This document shows positions 1 to 14,700 of a stretch of 64,000 bases of DNA, in pieces. Each line of letters opens with the position of its first letter. Position 1 is the stretch's first letter. The notes under the pieces are model-generated. The model saw nothing but the letters and a program-made list of their open reading frames with translations. It searched no databases and was not told the DNA's origin. The position numbers and the translations under genes were made by a program. The stretch is taken from positions 22,320,001 through 22,384,000 of the forward strand of contig OX597830.1 of assembly GCA_951406725.2 (NCBI GenBank), written 5' to 3'. The stretch comes from Octopus vulgaris (lineage: Eukaryota).

Positions 1-594
1 GTCAGGCTAGACCTCTACAAAGGTGTATTTAGAGATGTGTGAGTGGTCAGTATTTCATCAGTCTTCGGTTTTGAATTCCTCATCTGTGCCTTCATCTTAC
101 AATTGTCATTCTGTGTTTCTTTTGTGGTATTTCGGAATCCAGCCTGTTAACTGTTTCGTCCTTCATCCTCTAGACATGTCCAGCTGAATTCAATTTCATC
201 GATTACCAAATGTAACAACAATTTCTTTTATTATTTGTCGATGTAAGGCAGCGAGCCACAGAATCGTCAGAGCCTCGGACAAAATGTTTAGGGGCATTTC
301 TTTTGACTTCACTTTCTGAATTCAAATTCTGCTTTGTCTTTTTTTCCCATTTTTCTTTTCGTGGCTGATAAAATATGTACCACTAGCTTGATGGAATTGA
401 CTAACCTGCTCCTCTAAAACTACTGACCAAAGTTCGAAACTATTATTTGCCTATTTAGAACGTCACTAGTTCCTTTGGATTCTACTCATTTACGATATCA
501 TTTAGTTATGTTTTGTTCTCTGATACATTTAATTGCTTCATTGTCCTTTCGCCTTATTCCACATGGATTATATTGGTGGTCTTGCTTGTTAATT

Positions 595-826
595 ATTTGT
601 TTACTACCCACAAAGGGTTAAACATAGAGGGGACAAACAAGGACAGACAAACGGATTAAGTCGGTTATATCGACCCCAGTGCGTAACTGGTACTTAATTT
701 ATCGACCCCGAAAGGATGAAAGGTAAAGTCGACCTCGGCGGAATTCGAACTCAGAACGTAATGCCAGACGAAATACGGCTACGCATTTCGCCCGGCGTGC
801 TAACGTTTCTGCCAGCTTGCCGCCTT
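595..826 (-). mobile_element. tRNA-derived SINE, family A (head aggcggcgagctggcagaaacgttagcacgccgggcg)
   Basis: Reverse complement of a repeat recurring many times in the window; B-box-like gttcgaattcc; core gcctttcatcctttcggggtcgataaa. Confidence 0.85.
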
Positions 827-1310
827 CTTGGTTGTTAGTTGTTTTGTAGATGTTGCAGTCATTGTAAAACTCTGCTTTTTTTTTTAATAATTGAACTTCC
901 TCTCTTGAAGGTCTGAAAACTTAAAGTAATTCGTCGATTAATTTCCTATTTGTATTGTTGTAATTGACTAAAGTAATTTATTTTAAGGGCTATTTTAAAA
1001 TTCTACTTTAAGTGGCAATTTTATTTCTCAGTTTCTTTCATTCCCCATTCCCAAATTTGCTTTTCAATTAGTTACCGTTGTAACTACCTAATTATTTCCC
1101 CTTTGTTAATTTGGTTGCTAGTGACCACTAGAGTGCGATGTCACATTGTTATTACAACATGTCAGCGCTTTAACACTGATTTAAGATTAATTCCTCTGTG
1201 TAATATATTCATATTTATTATGAAATGATGTTCTGTTACAACACTTCTAACGTCGATACACCCTGTGAATAAGCACACATCTCTTCGTAGCAAGTACTAT
1301 TAATGAATAT

Positions 1311-1363
1311 ATGGCAACGGCCGATTATGTCTCTTCAACAGATAAAACAAAACACATTTCTAA
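1311..1363 (+). CDS. TEDC2: TEDC2-like exon 1 (MATADYVSSTDKTKHISK)
   Basis: ATG at 1311, donor aa|gtaaga, phase 2 matches exon 2. Confidence 0.55.
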
Positions 1364-4300
1364 GTAAGACAAACTTTTTACCAAATTTTTACCTCTTCGC
1401 ACTTTTGGTAGATTTTAAAGCTTTGGGTTAAAACCAAAGGGGCCTTAAGTTTTGTAATATCGGAGTACAAAAATTAGAGGCGGTAATGGAAGCGAAACGT
1501 TTATATTTTTTATTGTAAGAAAGTCAACATTGAGGTAATCTTTACAAAGAAAACATTCTACGTACCCGAAGAGCTAAAGAATAAAACTGTATTTAAAATA
1601 CAAAGATTTAGGGGGGAAAATGTTCGTAATAATTTGTCCGGTGCAGTTTTCCTTTCTTTGATAACATTTATTGCTGGGATTTAATGCAAAACATTCGGAC
1701 TGTATTTCAAATTATGATTAAAAAAAAAAAAAAAACTCGACAAACTGAAAATTCCCACGTGTAGAATACAAATTCGCAAAAAATTTCCTAAAAATTCTGA
1801 AAAGCAAAACGTTATGAGGGGAAATATGACATGCTTAAATCAGAATTCCGCCATTTCAAAGTTTGAATTAGCCGCCTTTTTTCAGGTTGTGTAAACTCAA
1901 CTTTCACCTCCCGCCACACTGCTATCCTCACGATACTCAAATATTTTGTCTTAGCTCTAGGTCAACCTTAATCAAATAGACTTTTGATCAAAGCATTCCA
2001 ACCATAAATGTCCCGTCCTCTCGGATATTCTGTATCGTACTGGCAGAAACGTTAGCACGCCGGGCGAAATGCTTAGCGGTATTTCGTATGTCGTTACGTT
2101 CTGAGTTCAAATTCCACCGAGGTCGACTTTACCTTTCATCCTTTCGGGGTCGATAAATAAAGTACCAGTTTCGCACTGGGGTCGATGTAATCGACTTAAT
2201 ACCTATGTCTGTCTTTGTTTAGCCCCTTGTGGGTAATAAAGAAATAGGTATCCTATAAATGTCCCGTCCTCTCGGATATTGTGTATCGTAGGGTATCCTT
2301 TAACTGTCCCATCCTCTCGGTTATTGTGTATCGTAGGGTTTCCCATAAATGTCCCGTCCTCTTGCGTATTGTGTACCGTAGGGTATCCCTTCCTTTACAG
2401 AACGGTAGGGTGTAATTTGAGATGGTTTTGGCTGCCATTTCTAGCAGATTCAGGATCCACACAGAGACACTTGTCGACTCATCTTCTCTTTTGATGTCAA
2501 CACGAAAATATAGGACAACGACTATGGTATACGCAAAGAATAGCGTTGGCGAATCAGAAGGATGTCCCTGTGCAAACCTGAAATTGACTAGGTACGATGA
2601 AAGCTTCGCATTTTTAAGGAGTCTCTGTTCCTGAAAAAGAAGATGGTCTGGATAATTCCTCGAAGAATGCGCTGCAGTTTTGAATCTGGTTGAAGTAGTC
2701 GGCAAAAGATCAATTATTATGCGCTTCATTATGGTCATTGATTGTGTTTAGCATTCAGGCCTAGCTCACCTGTCACGGGACAGTTCGTAGACTCAGTTTA
2801 TTATCTCTTAGGTTTCATTATTGGAATTATCGCTGCTGATTTTAATGTCTTGGAATGCTTTGATCATAGGTGGTCTGCTACTGTTTCTCTTATGGAAGTC
2901 TGTTCACAATATTCTTCCATACATTGGTGGCTTATAATAATACAAAATACAAGGCGGCGAGCTGGCAGGAACGTTAGCACGCCTGGCGAATTGCTTAGCG
3001 TATTTCGTCTGTCTTTATGTTCTGAGTTCAAATTCCGCCGAGGTCGACTTTGCCTTTCATCCTTTTGGGGGTTGATAAATTAAGTATCAGTTGTGTACTG
3101 AGATCGATCTAATCGACTGCCCCCCCCCCACTACTCCATCAAAATTTCGGGCCTTGTGCCTAGAGTAAAAAAAAAAAAAAAAGAAAATACAAAATATATT
3201 GAAATACTGATCCCCATATATTAAGGGGAATAATGTAGTTTTCGTTAATTAACTTTTCGATTGATGTTAAGTTAAAAACTTCTTCAGGTTATTTAACAAC
3301 GAGAAGCAAGGGTGTGTGTGTTGGATTTTAAACTTGCTCTTAAAATGTAACAAATACAAAATAACATATAACCAACATGAATATTTTTGAAACCCCCCCC
3401 CCCCCGTGCTATCTATCCTGTATTCAATACATACATTACGTAGAATACAAGTAAATTTGATAACTATTGGGTTGGCAAGAAAGTAATTTCTGTTTTTTAG
3501 TGTGAAATAGAAGTCATACAAAGAATGAACTTTAATCAATTATATATTTTCCATTTTGTTTGATGATCTTTTGCCATCTTTCTGGCAACTTCACGATTCC
3601 ATGCTCATAGAACTTCTGGCCCTTATCAGCCAAAAACTGAAGCAAGTGCGATTTCAGGTCATCATTATTGAAAGTTTCACCATTCAAAGAATTTTGCAAA
3701 CTTTGAAATAAAGGATAATCCAATGGTGCTATAATGGTGGATACAACATCACTTCCAAACCAAACTCCAATAACTTTTCACGAGTTAGCAAAGATGTGTA
3801 GTCTAGCGTTGTCATGGTGGAACATGATTCCTTTACGATTTGCCAATTCTGGTTGTTTTTCTTTGATTGCTTCCTCCAGTTTCATTAGTTGTTGACAGTA
3901 AACATCTGAATTGATCGTTTGGTTCCTTGGAAGCAGCTAAAAATACACACTACCTTTGTAATCCCACCAGATTGACAGCACGATCATGTTTTGATGCTAT
4001 TAAGCTTTCGATGCGGTTTATGCTGGTTCATTACGCTTGGACCATGATTGTTCTCGAATGATGTTATTGTAGACAATCCATTTTTCATTACCAGTGATGA
4101 TGCATTTAAAAAAGAAAGTCAATTTCATTGTGTTTGAGATGCATCTCGCAAATATTGATTCGTTGTGTTAAGTGAATCTCTTTCAATTTATGTAGAACCC
4201 AAATATTGAACTTCTTAACGAGTCCAAAACATTTTAAGTGATTTTCAATTGTTGTGTGTGATACATTTAACTTCTTTGCAATCTCTCGCACAGTTATATG

Positions 4301-7300
4301 GCAACCAGATTCAATTATGGCTTTGATTTGGTCATCATCAACTTCAGTAGGTCGACCAGAACATTGGTCATCTTTGAGAGAAAAATCTCAAAAATGGAAT
4401 TTTTAAAATCATTTCTGACACGTGTGTTCTGTTAAGCAATCACCCTCATAAACTTCACACATCTCTTTGTGAGCCTTCAGCAGCTTTCTTGCCTTTACAG
4501 AAATAAAAAAGCAAAATATGGTAAAATTGTTCGTTTTTACACTCCATGTTTTAAAATTGACACTGAACTAACAGCTGTAAGCAAAATTACATGCAATTTG
4601 CTTCTAAAGTAAGCTAAAAGTAACAGCTATCAAATATCAGAAGGAAAAAAATCATAACAATGACCAAGAGTCATTAAAAAAAATCGTAACCTTATTTGCT
4701 AAAAAAAAACATTACTTTCTTGCCAACCCAATATAATGAAGAAATCAACATTTTTTTTTGTCCGTAGATTGACTTCAGTTCTTGAATACATTTTACAGTA
4801 TGTTGAAGGTAAAAAGGAAGAATTGGAGAGTCGGTCTGTTGAAAACAAGAAATTATTTAAGAAACCGTAAGTTTGTCAGTTTTGTTTCGTGTTAGGCCAC
4901 CAGTTGTTCTGTATTGAAGTAAGGGGAATGATATCCTCACTTGCTTTACTGTACTAATTTTTTCACAGTATTGTCTGCATAAGAGATCTAAGCCTCCTCC
5001 ATGCATCTGTCTATGTGGATACAATCATCATAATTGTTTCACATCCACTCTTCTGTGCTTGCATGGGCCAGACGGAGTTTGTTAGAGTGGATTTTCTACA
5101 GCCAGATGACCTTTCTGTTGCCAAACCTCCTTATTTTCAAGCATGGCCATATCTCCACATGACCAGTCATATTTTCAGGGAAGATTGGAAACAGACAACA
5201 CCTGCATGATGTGGCACTCATTTCAGCCATCACATGAAGTCAAAGCAAGGAGACAGTAACACACACACACACACACATGACAGGCTTCTGTCAGTTTCCA
5301 TCTGCTAAATCTACTCACAAGGCTTTGGTTGGCATGATGCCTACACTAAAAGACATTTTTCCATGCTGCCATGCACTGAGACTGAACCTGAAGCTATGTG
5401 GTTGGGAAGCAAGCTTCTTACCACACAGCTGTCTGCACTTGCATTTATCATTATTGTCTCACTCCAGGTCTACTCTGATAAAACAGGTCTGTGATGAAAA
5501 ACATATCAGCCGCAACTGATTTATCCAACACAGAGGGGTGATATTTGACTTTATTGCAGCAGATTGAGCAGCTGCATAGAGACTGGTTTGTCTGTAGTTT
5601 TTATATTTCCAAAATGTGAGCTGAAGGAAACACAACTCATGAAGGCCAATACCATAAATTTAGATAATACTGGTTGTTGATGACATGCTGAATGGTGTAC
5701 ATGTACAAAAACGTTCTTAATAGTTGAAGAAAGGAAAAAACAACAAAAACTAGCAGTTGAAACATGTCCTGTAGTTGTCAGCTTGCCTCCTAACAGATCA
5801 AAATTTTCCCTGCTCAACATGGAAATTCAATTTTCTGTGAAATTCTTAATTTCTTAAAATGTCTTCCCTTCGTTTTGCGAATCACTAGCAGTTACTTCAT
5901 CCACCCATCTTCTCTGCCCACTGCTCCAGAAAGATGCATCTCTTCCATAGAGTCTTATCATCAGAAGCAACCATTGTTAGACTTTCCAGTCGGATTTCCA
6001 ACTGTGACTATGGATATTATTCAACCATTTCATTCTTGTTCTCTTCCTAGGTTTAATGCCAGTTGGCTCAGCTTGCAGAATCCATCTTGTGATTCTTTCC
6101 TATGACATTTTAATCACATGTCCATAGTATGGGAGCTGGGAGGACCTCACAATGCAGAGAAGTAGTTGCTCAACCTGGAAAGACTGTTCTCCAAATTATG
6201 CTCAACCTAAAAAGACTGTTCTCCAAATTATGCCTGCTGTTGAGTAATGTTACTCCAGACATTTTTTGGAGGAACCTCATTTCATTTGCTTGTATTTGCG
6301 ATTGTACTCTTTCGGTTATTACCCAACATTCATTGATTCTAGGATTCTATTTGCTTTCCTCAAGAAGCAATCGATCTCAATTGATTTAGAATTTTTTGCA
6401 TACATCATTCAGTTATCACAATGTACTTATATTTGCTATTGCAGTGTTAGAGCTGAAATAGGACTATGGGGAAAGTACAAATAAAAATTAGAGGCCATGA
6501 TGGAGCTCTGTAAATAGCAAAGCTTGTTAATGCCATTTTATTGACTGAAAAATTATCTGGAATGAAATAATTAATGCTATACGTGTATATTGGCCCCCGT
6601 GCCAATGGCACGTAAAAAGCACCATCCGACTGTGGCCGTTTGCCAGCCTTGTCTGGCACCTGTGCCAGTGGCACGTAAAAAGCACCCACTACACTCACGG
6701 AGTGGTTGGCGTTAGGAAGGGCATCCAGCCGTAGAAGCATTGCCAGATCAGACTGGGCCTGGTGCAGCCTTCTGGCTTCCCAGACCCCAGTTGAACCATC
6801 CAACCCATGCTATCATGGGAAGCGGATGCTAAATGATGATGATGATGAGTGAGTGTTCACTCATACTTCAGCAGAAAATGTTTTGTTTTGGTTACACACA
6901 CACACAAAGTTTTGCCTACCTTGGGTTTCATAGCTGTGTGAGCTGCATAGTGACCTCATTAGTACTAGGGAATGAGGAAAAAAAAGCATGCAGTACACAA
7001 AGTGGTTGGCAATAGGAAGGGAGTCAGCCATAGAAACCTAACCAAAATAAACAGTGTAGTCCTTAGGCCCATCAGATCCTATCAAACTGTTCAACCCATG
7101 CCAGCATGGAGCATGCATGTTAGATTATGATAATGATGACTGTTGAGTAGTTTATCTCTGAACGATTATGTATCCTATATGTTGTACATATCATAGGACA
7201 GAAGAGGTTTGACCTGTCTACTGTTGTGTCTATATATGGTCAGCTACCTTTGTGTTCAGTTATGTTTTCACCTGTGATTTTTATCTGACACTCGTCATCG

Positions 7301-8731
7301 TTCTTATATTTTCATTTTTATATAGAATTTGGACGTAGTGCTTTAGTAAGTTGCTTCACAAACTGAACCAACAATCTTATTTGAATTGCTAGTTATACCA
7401 TCTGGCCCCCGTGCCAGTGGCACGTAAAAAGCACCCTCTACACTCACGGAGTGGTTGGCGTTAGGAAGGGCATCCAGCCGTAGAAGCATTACCAGATCAG
7501 ACTGGGCCTGGTGCAGCCTTCTGGCTCCCCAGACCCCAGTTGAACCGTCCAACCCATGCCAGCATGGAAAGCCAACGCTAAATGATGATGATGATATTTG
7601 TAGTGACTCCTTGTAGTCAAGCAGGAAAGCAAAATGAAAAAGGGATCTAACGAGAAGAATCTCCCTCGACCTTCTTGAAAATTCTCAGATATTCTAGAAG
7701 ATTTCAATTAACTTCTGGATGATGAGGAAGTCAGAGACTTCTGGTTCATCTCTTATATAAAGAGAACACAATTTTAATTTCGCACTCCTTTTGCCTGTCA
7801 GTTCTTAGGCGTAAAAAGCACCACTACACTTTCGGAGTGGTTGGCATTAAGAAGGGCATCCAGCTATAGAAACTCTGCCAAATCTAGATTGGAGCCCGGT
7901 GCAGCCATCTGGTTCGCCAGCCCTCAGTCAAAATCGTCCAACCCATGCTAGCATGGAAAGCGGACGTTAAATGATGGTGATGATGATGATTGAGACATGT
8001 AGTTGCAAAGTATGTTCATGTAATACGTTACAAGCCTTTTCTTTCAAACCATTCTTATATGTTAACGCATTACATCCAATAATAAATATGTTATGATTTA
8101 CGAACATCTCACAAGTTCTTATTTTTCTTGTCGTTTTACATACAAGATGGTGACCCCCCTCTTTCTTGCATGCAATTGTAAAATTGTAGGTTGTCAAATA
8201 CTGACATCACTACGTATTGTTATGTCATTCACTGTACACGTCGCTGTTTACTATAAATCATCATTAAAACGGCAGGTATCTAAGTCATAAAGGAGAATGT
8301 GAGGTGAAGAGAAACGAAACTATTGCTGATAAAAATGTTGTGGATAAAAACCAAACAAACAATGCTTTAGCACTTCCTGACCAAGGTAAGATATTTTTAT
8401 TTTGTTATTGTTTTGGTTTGAAATAAAGAACTAGATTAGCTTAATAATCGTAACTTAATCCCGGGCAAGGCCGGGTTATACTGCTAGTTACTTATAAAAT
8501 GCAGAGGGGTTTGCTACACTCTGAGATGCAATCGCTGTAGATATACTTCCTCCCTTTGCCAACAGTAGACTGAGTAACCTAACTCTGTGGGCATTGGCAG
8601 GAAATTACATGGGAGAATACTTGTTTTACTGCTGTCAGATGTAAGATATTTGTAAAGAAACATCACTTGGGGTAAACCACATCTCGCTGCACCAACAGGG
8701 ATTCAAATAAACCTTACAAATAATAATAATA

Positions 8732-8783
<52 letters not shown>

Positions 8784-11700
8784 TATCTGTGTATATGTAT
8801 ACATACATATGTATGCATATATATGTGTCTACACACACACACACACATACTTGTATCTATCGAATTGTTTTCATTGCTATCATAAACTTGTAAAAAAAAA
8901 AATTTCTTACTCTCCAGTAACAAGCTTTGTTCAAAATGTCATGATTCTTGATTCTCTAGAAATCAAATTTACCCAAATTTATGTATGGTTGGCATTGAGC
9001 AGATTTTTTAAAAATCTCTTTTTTTTTTTTCATTGTAGCTGATGTCTGTTCTTTGACTGAAGAACAGTTGGCTGAAATTGAACTAATTGACCGGGTGCTC
9101 AAGAAGGCTGATATAACATGGAGAAAGGTTGGTAAAGAAGAGAGTGAGCTTTTGAAGGGGTCAGAAGATAGATATTTGGTCTGTTTTAGTGGTATATTGA
9201 TTTCTGGCATCATAGACTGGTGACTCCTAAAACACCTGTAAGCTAGAAATTGTATTTTAATTTGTAGGCTATACAAGTCATTGAAACAAGGTACATATAA
9301 CATGCATGTACCTTCTTTCCGAATGTCTCCTAAAAATGAATGACCTATATTTATATCTGATTTGATGTTTGCATTCATTTATATATCATTGGCCTGCTTT
9401 GTTTGCCTTGCAGTCTTAGAAAAAACACCACTAATCTGACATCATAGGCACAAATATACTTACACACAACCACACACGTACACACACATGCAAACAAGCA
9501 CACATAAGTGTACTCAGTTATGTACACACAGATTCAACTATATGCACACAAATGCAAGTTTGCACTATCTCAGATACACAGGGGAAAATTCACACACACA
9601 CACACAGGAAGTGCAAATAGGCACAGACACATATAAGTGTGACCAGTGCAAATTGACACAGTCTTAGATACATAGGTACAAATTCACGCACACAGGTAGA
9701 AGCACATGGAAGTGCACACACACACACATCAGGACAAACGGGAATACACACAAACACAGACATATGTAAACAGCGACAAACAAACAACAGTAAAGAACCA
9801 AGACTGTTCTTAGTGGTTACATAATTTTTCCTTCTCGTTTCTAGCATAAACCAATTTCTCAAAGCATAGAAGACAATGAATCTCTTTCTAAAGAATGGAA
9901 ACAAATTCTTGACTCAGAAAAGATACAGACTGATACGACAAAAGTCAGTTCCAATACTGAAGACAGCCTGAAGAATTCAGATATTGGAGTAATCTCTGAA
10001 GCTGCTTTGATTCGAGTTCTCAAAGAAGTGGATATTCCAAAAGCCAAACCAGTGTCTTATAGAATTCCACAAAAGGCTGCTCCCAGAAAGAATCCTCAAA
10101 TAGTAGTGAAAGCAAAGCAAGTATCAAACACGAAACCCTCTTCAGTGTCAAAGACATTGGTGAAGAAAGATAGCAAGTCTAAAAACATCGAGAAAGACCA
10201 CTCAACAAAGATCTTAGATAAAGCTGAAAAGAATTGTCAAAATTCTCAGACTGATTTGATTCCTTGTTCCAAAGAACAGGTCACGGTTTCTTCAAAAGAT
10301 CAAACAAGTAGAGGTAATGATGACCATCCCACAGTCAGGTAACACATATTATATATTTATTTTTTATGATATTTGATATTTAATTATTGTTGTAACAGTG
10401 GAAATAGACAATACAATATATTGGTAGAGTTTGGATGTCTTGTGGTACAGTGCATCTACTTTGGTGTACACTAAACCACTATATTTTACTAAGCTATTTT
10501 TGTCATCTGAAACTATGGACAAGATCTTTTAATACTGTGCTACAAAAGAAGGTAATCTCAGCCCCTAATATACATTATATATATGTGTGTGTGGCCGATA
10601 ACAGTGCCACCTTATTGGCACCCGTGCCAGTGAAATGTTGAAAGCACCATTCGAGCGAGATCATTGCCAGGGTCGCCAGACTGGCTCCTGTTCAGGTGAC
10701 ATGTAAAAAGCACCATTTGAGCGTGGTTGATGCCAGTACTGCCTGACTGGACTTTGTGCCTGTGGTATGTAAAAGCACCCATTACACTCTTGGAGTTGTT
10801 GGCATTAGGAAGGGCATCCAGCTGTAGAAACTTTGCCAGATCAGATTGGATGGTTTGACAAGAGCTGGCAAGCCAGAGAGCTGCATTAGACCCCATTGTC
10901 TGCTTTGGCAGGGTCTCTTTGGTTGGACGCCCTTTCTAATACCAACTGCTTTGGAGAGTATTCTGGGTGATTTTTATGTTGCCCCAGATCTAGTGGGGTT
11001 GCCAAATGACTTGCAGCAAGACCCCTTCACTGGGAGGTGGGGAGTGGTACTGAGGGAGGTGGCTTTGTATCAGTTGAGAGGTTAAAGTACAATAGAGAGG
11101 TAAAAATGGGTGTCTTACTATAAAGGAAATACTTGGTTATTCCAGTAGGAAAAGAAAGGAGAAATAGAGAGAGAATCATTTGACAGACAGAGTGAGAGAG
11201 TGTGAGAGAAATAGATGGTGTTGGAGATGTATTGGGAAACTACCCCCAGGGTACTGTGGAGGGAATATAAGTGGTACAGAGAAGAAAAGGGGGGATGTTT
11301 CTTAAGAGTATGTAGGGAGATATTTAGAGATGGAGAAGATGTAACTGTAGCAAGTGATGGTGAAAGAAATTTGAGTGGCTGTGGGGTGGATGCAGGATTG
11401 ACTATGCTGGCTCATCTGTTGAGAAATATTTTATCTATTTAATTGGTCAACACGTTTTTTTCTTGTATCTTCTATTTTGGGTTTTGTGTATGCTGGTTAC
11501 TTTATGTTCACTCTGTGTGTGTGTTTGTATACTTATTTTTTGAGCCTCAGGAAGATAAAGGGCAAAATTGACTTCAGTGAGATTTGAACTCAAAACACAA
11601 ATGCTCCAAATATTTTACATGACACTCTACTACTTACTTGTACTTGTGGTGGCATTCACCTAGAGTGGTTTCAGCTGGCTCCGAGCATAGGGTTCACCAA

Positions 11701-14700
11701 CTTCCTCACAAATGCCGATCACATCTGACGGTCAACCCTAATGTACCAGTAAGCAAAGTAATGCTTTAACCTGCAGCCTAAAAATCCAGCTTGCAAATTT
11801 GTCAACTGCTCCACTGGGTGAGCAAGTGCATCGGACAGAACAGATGTCATAGCTGTGCATTCATTGTTGAGGTATAGAGTTCATGTTCAGGGTTTCAGTG
11901 GGAATACAGGTTCACTTAGGGTCCCCAGTCACATGCATACATACACACTGTGGGATAGTGTGATCTGTAACAGCTCATCTTGCTGTTGATTGCTGACTGA
12001 ATCTTGAAGTTACAAGACGATGTGTGATTAATTCCAAACAATGTGAATAAATAAGCAATATATTTGACAAAGAAATCTGAATGCTAAAAGGTTGAAGTCT
12101 TACTCAGAATACTCTAACCCAGTATTTCTACCAATTCAATCCCCTTATAACAGATACAGAATATTTTGTATTCTTGTCAGCTATTTAACTGTGCTCTTGT
12201 GTCCACAGGTCCTGTTTTACATTGCCGACAAATATCAAATCACTTTGGAAAGAAAAATATTCTTTAAGGCAGAAAATTCGGAAGCTGTCACAGAATTCCT
12301 CTCCTGCTGATTCCTTCTGCACTTTACTGGAAACGGAAGTAATTGTTTATTTTTATTTATTATATTTTTTGTCCCTTTTTTTCTATGAAACATCATCATC
12401 GTTTAACGTCCGCTTTCCATGCTAGCATGGGTTAGACGATTTGACGGAGGACTGGCGAGCCAGGTGGCTGTACCAGGCTCCAATCTTGATCATCAAGCTG
12501 TAGAAACTCTGCCAGATCAAGATTGGAGCCTAGTGCAGCCATTTGGCCTCCAGTCCTCTGTCAAATCGTCCAACCCATGCTAGCATGGAAAGCAGACTTT
12601 AAACGATGATGATGATGATGATTTTATTTGGACAGAAACTTTATGGAACAGAAGAGGAGTGAGGTAGGTGGTTATCTTAGACCTTGTTTCATTCATTGGA
12701 CTTTGTGGGTATGCTGGAGCATCACCTTGAAGGGTTTTATTAGTTGAACATATTCCCCCTAGTACTTAATGCTTTTTGTTTAGTCTTGTGCTTCTTCTAT
12801 CAGTCTGTTTTGCTGAACCACTGAATTATGGGGATGTAAACAAACCAACACCAGTTATCAAGCGATGGGGATGTGTGTGACAGGTACACACACACACCTA
12901 CTTTACATGTCTATCTAACATATAAAACTTTGTAACTCCTATTACCAAATGAAACACTTGTAATGGTGAATAAATAGTATAAAAAAAATTTCCTGTTGAT
13001 ATATGTATGTATGTATATATATATATATATATATATGACCCGACAAATAACGTGAGTTCATGGCTGTTTCCTGCACAAGCTTCACATTGCAGCCCCAGCC
13101 CATCCAAAGTACATTGGATCGTAGGACAGCCTGCTGTGCTTACCTTGGATCATAGGGCAACCTGCTGTGCTTGAGGAGACCTATTGAGTCTAGTACATCA
13201 ACATTAAAATAAAAATCAAATGGAAATTGTAGTTGTGATACCTGTGCTGGTGGCACGTAAAAAGCACCAACCGATTGTGGTCGTTGCCATCCTCTGGCGG
13301 CACGTAAAAAGCACCCACTACACTCATGGAGTGGTTGGCATTAGGAAGGGCATCCAGCTGTAGAAACATTGCCAGATCATACTGGAGCCTGGTGCAGCCT
13401 CCTGGCCTCTCAGACTCTGGTCGAACTGTCCAGCCTATGCTAGCATGGAAAGCGGACGTTAAATGATGGTGGGCCTTCACACAGTTTCCATCAACCAAAT
13501 TCACTCACAAAAACATTTACCCAAGGTGCTCTGCAGTGGAAATGAACTAGAAACCACACTGTAGCTAAGTGGGCTTCTGAACCACACAGACCTGCTTGTG
13601 TCCATGTGAGAAATGTTGGAACATTGCTTTTAATACTGTGATGTTTAATTTTTAACCCTCCAACACATCTCTCTATATGTTCCGAGTTCAAATTCCACTT
13701 AGGTCAACTTTGCCTTTCATCCTTTTGGGGTTGATGAAATAAGGGGTCAATGTAATTGGCTAGCACCCTTCTCCCAAATATCAGGCCTTGGGCTTATAGT
13801 AGAAAGGATTGTTTTCCATTGATTTTTTTTTATCCAGAAGTCTGTGTTAGTGGCACGTCTTCATGTTGGTGCCACGTTAAAAGCACTTGGCACCTACTGT
13901 AAAGTGGTTGGCATTAGGAAGGGCATCCAGCTGTAGAAACCAAGCTAAATCAGGCTAGAACCTGGTGCAGCTCTCAGGCTTGCCAGCTCTTGTCAAACTG
14001 TCCAACCCATGCCAGCATGGAAAACGGACGTTAAAGGATGATGAAGTAGGAAGGATTTTGTTGAAGAAACATTTTTTATACCTTTTATACCTGTTTTATA
14101 CCTAGGTACACTATTTTTTCAATTGTTTATCTGTCAGTTGATTATCACTGAAGTTGTACAGTATTGTTCCTGATTTTTTTCATTGCAGATTGAGTCCTCT
14201 TTCCCGTGTGGCAAGCTTCAAGTTCAGTTACTTTCAAAACAGTATGATGACCTCAATAAACTACTGCAGACTCTGGACTATGTTTGTGTTTCCGGTATGT
14301 TCTGTTTGCCATTTCTTCAATTATCAACAGACAGCTCAGTGCATAGCAGCATATCTAATGTTTAGAATACATTCCCTTCCACCTTTGTGTCTCTCTCTCT
14401 CTTGTTCTCTTTTATGTGTGTGTGTATATATACATACATGCACATACACCTATATATATATATTTGAGAACAGATTTATATTTATAAAATAACAAGGATT
14501 TGGTCAGCCCAAGGCTATAGTAGAAGACACTTGGGACTCAACAGCCACCTCCACTCAGGAAACCCTCAACCATCATAAGTATATATACCTACATACATAC
14601 CGTCCCACTCATGCCAGCATGGAAGGCAGACATTAAATAATGATGACTGCACACACATACACACATACATTATATATATATATATATATATATATAATAA

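Noticed and set aside
595-826. tRNA genes at SINE heads (also 16900-16960, 18430-18498, 20083-20150)
   Set aside because: tRNA-like boxes run straight into SINE bodies; no complete cloverleaf
2253-2738. 161-aa ORF with 14-aa repeats as a gene
   Set aside because: Product of a 42-bp minisatellite plus repeat remnant in intron 1; no recognisable domain
8635-9904. ORFs rich in CV/YI/HT
   Set aside because: Translations of (CA)n and (TA)n microsatellites
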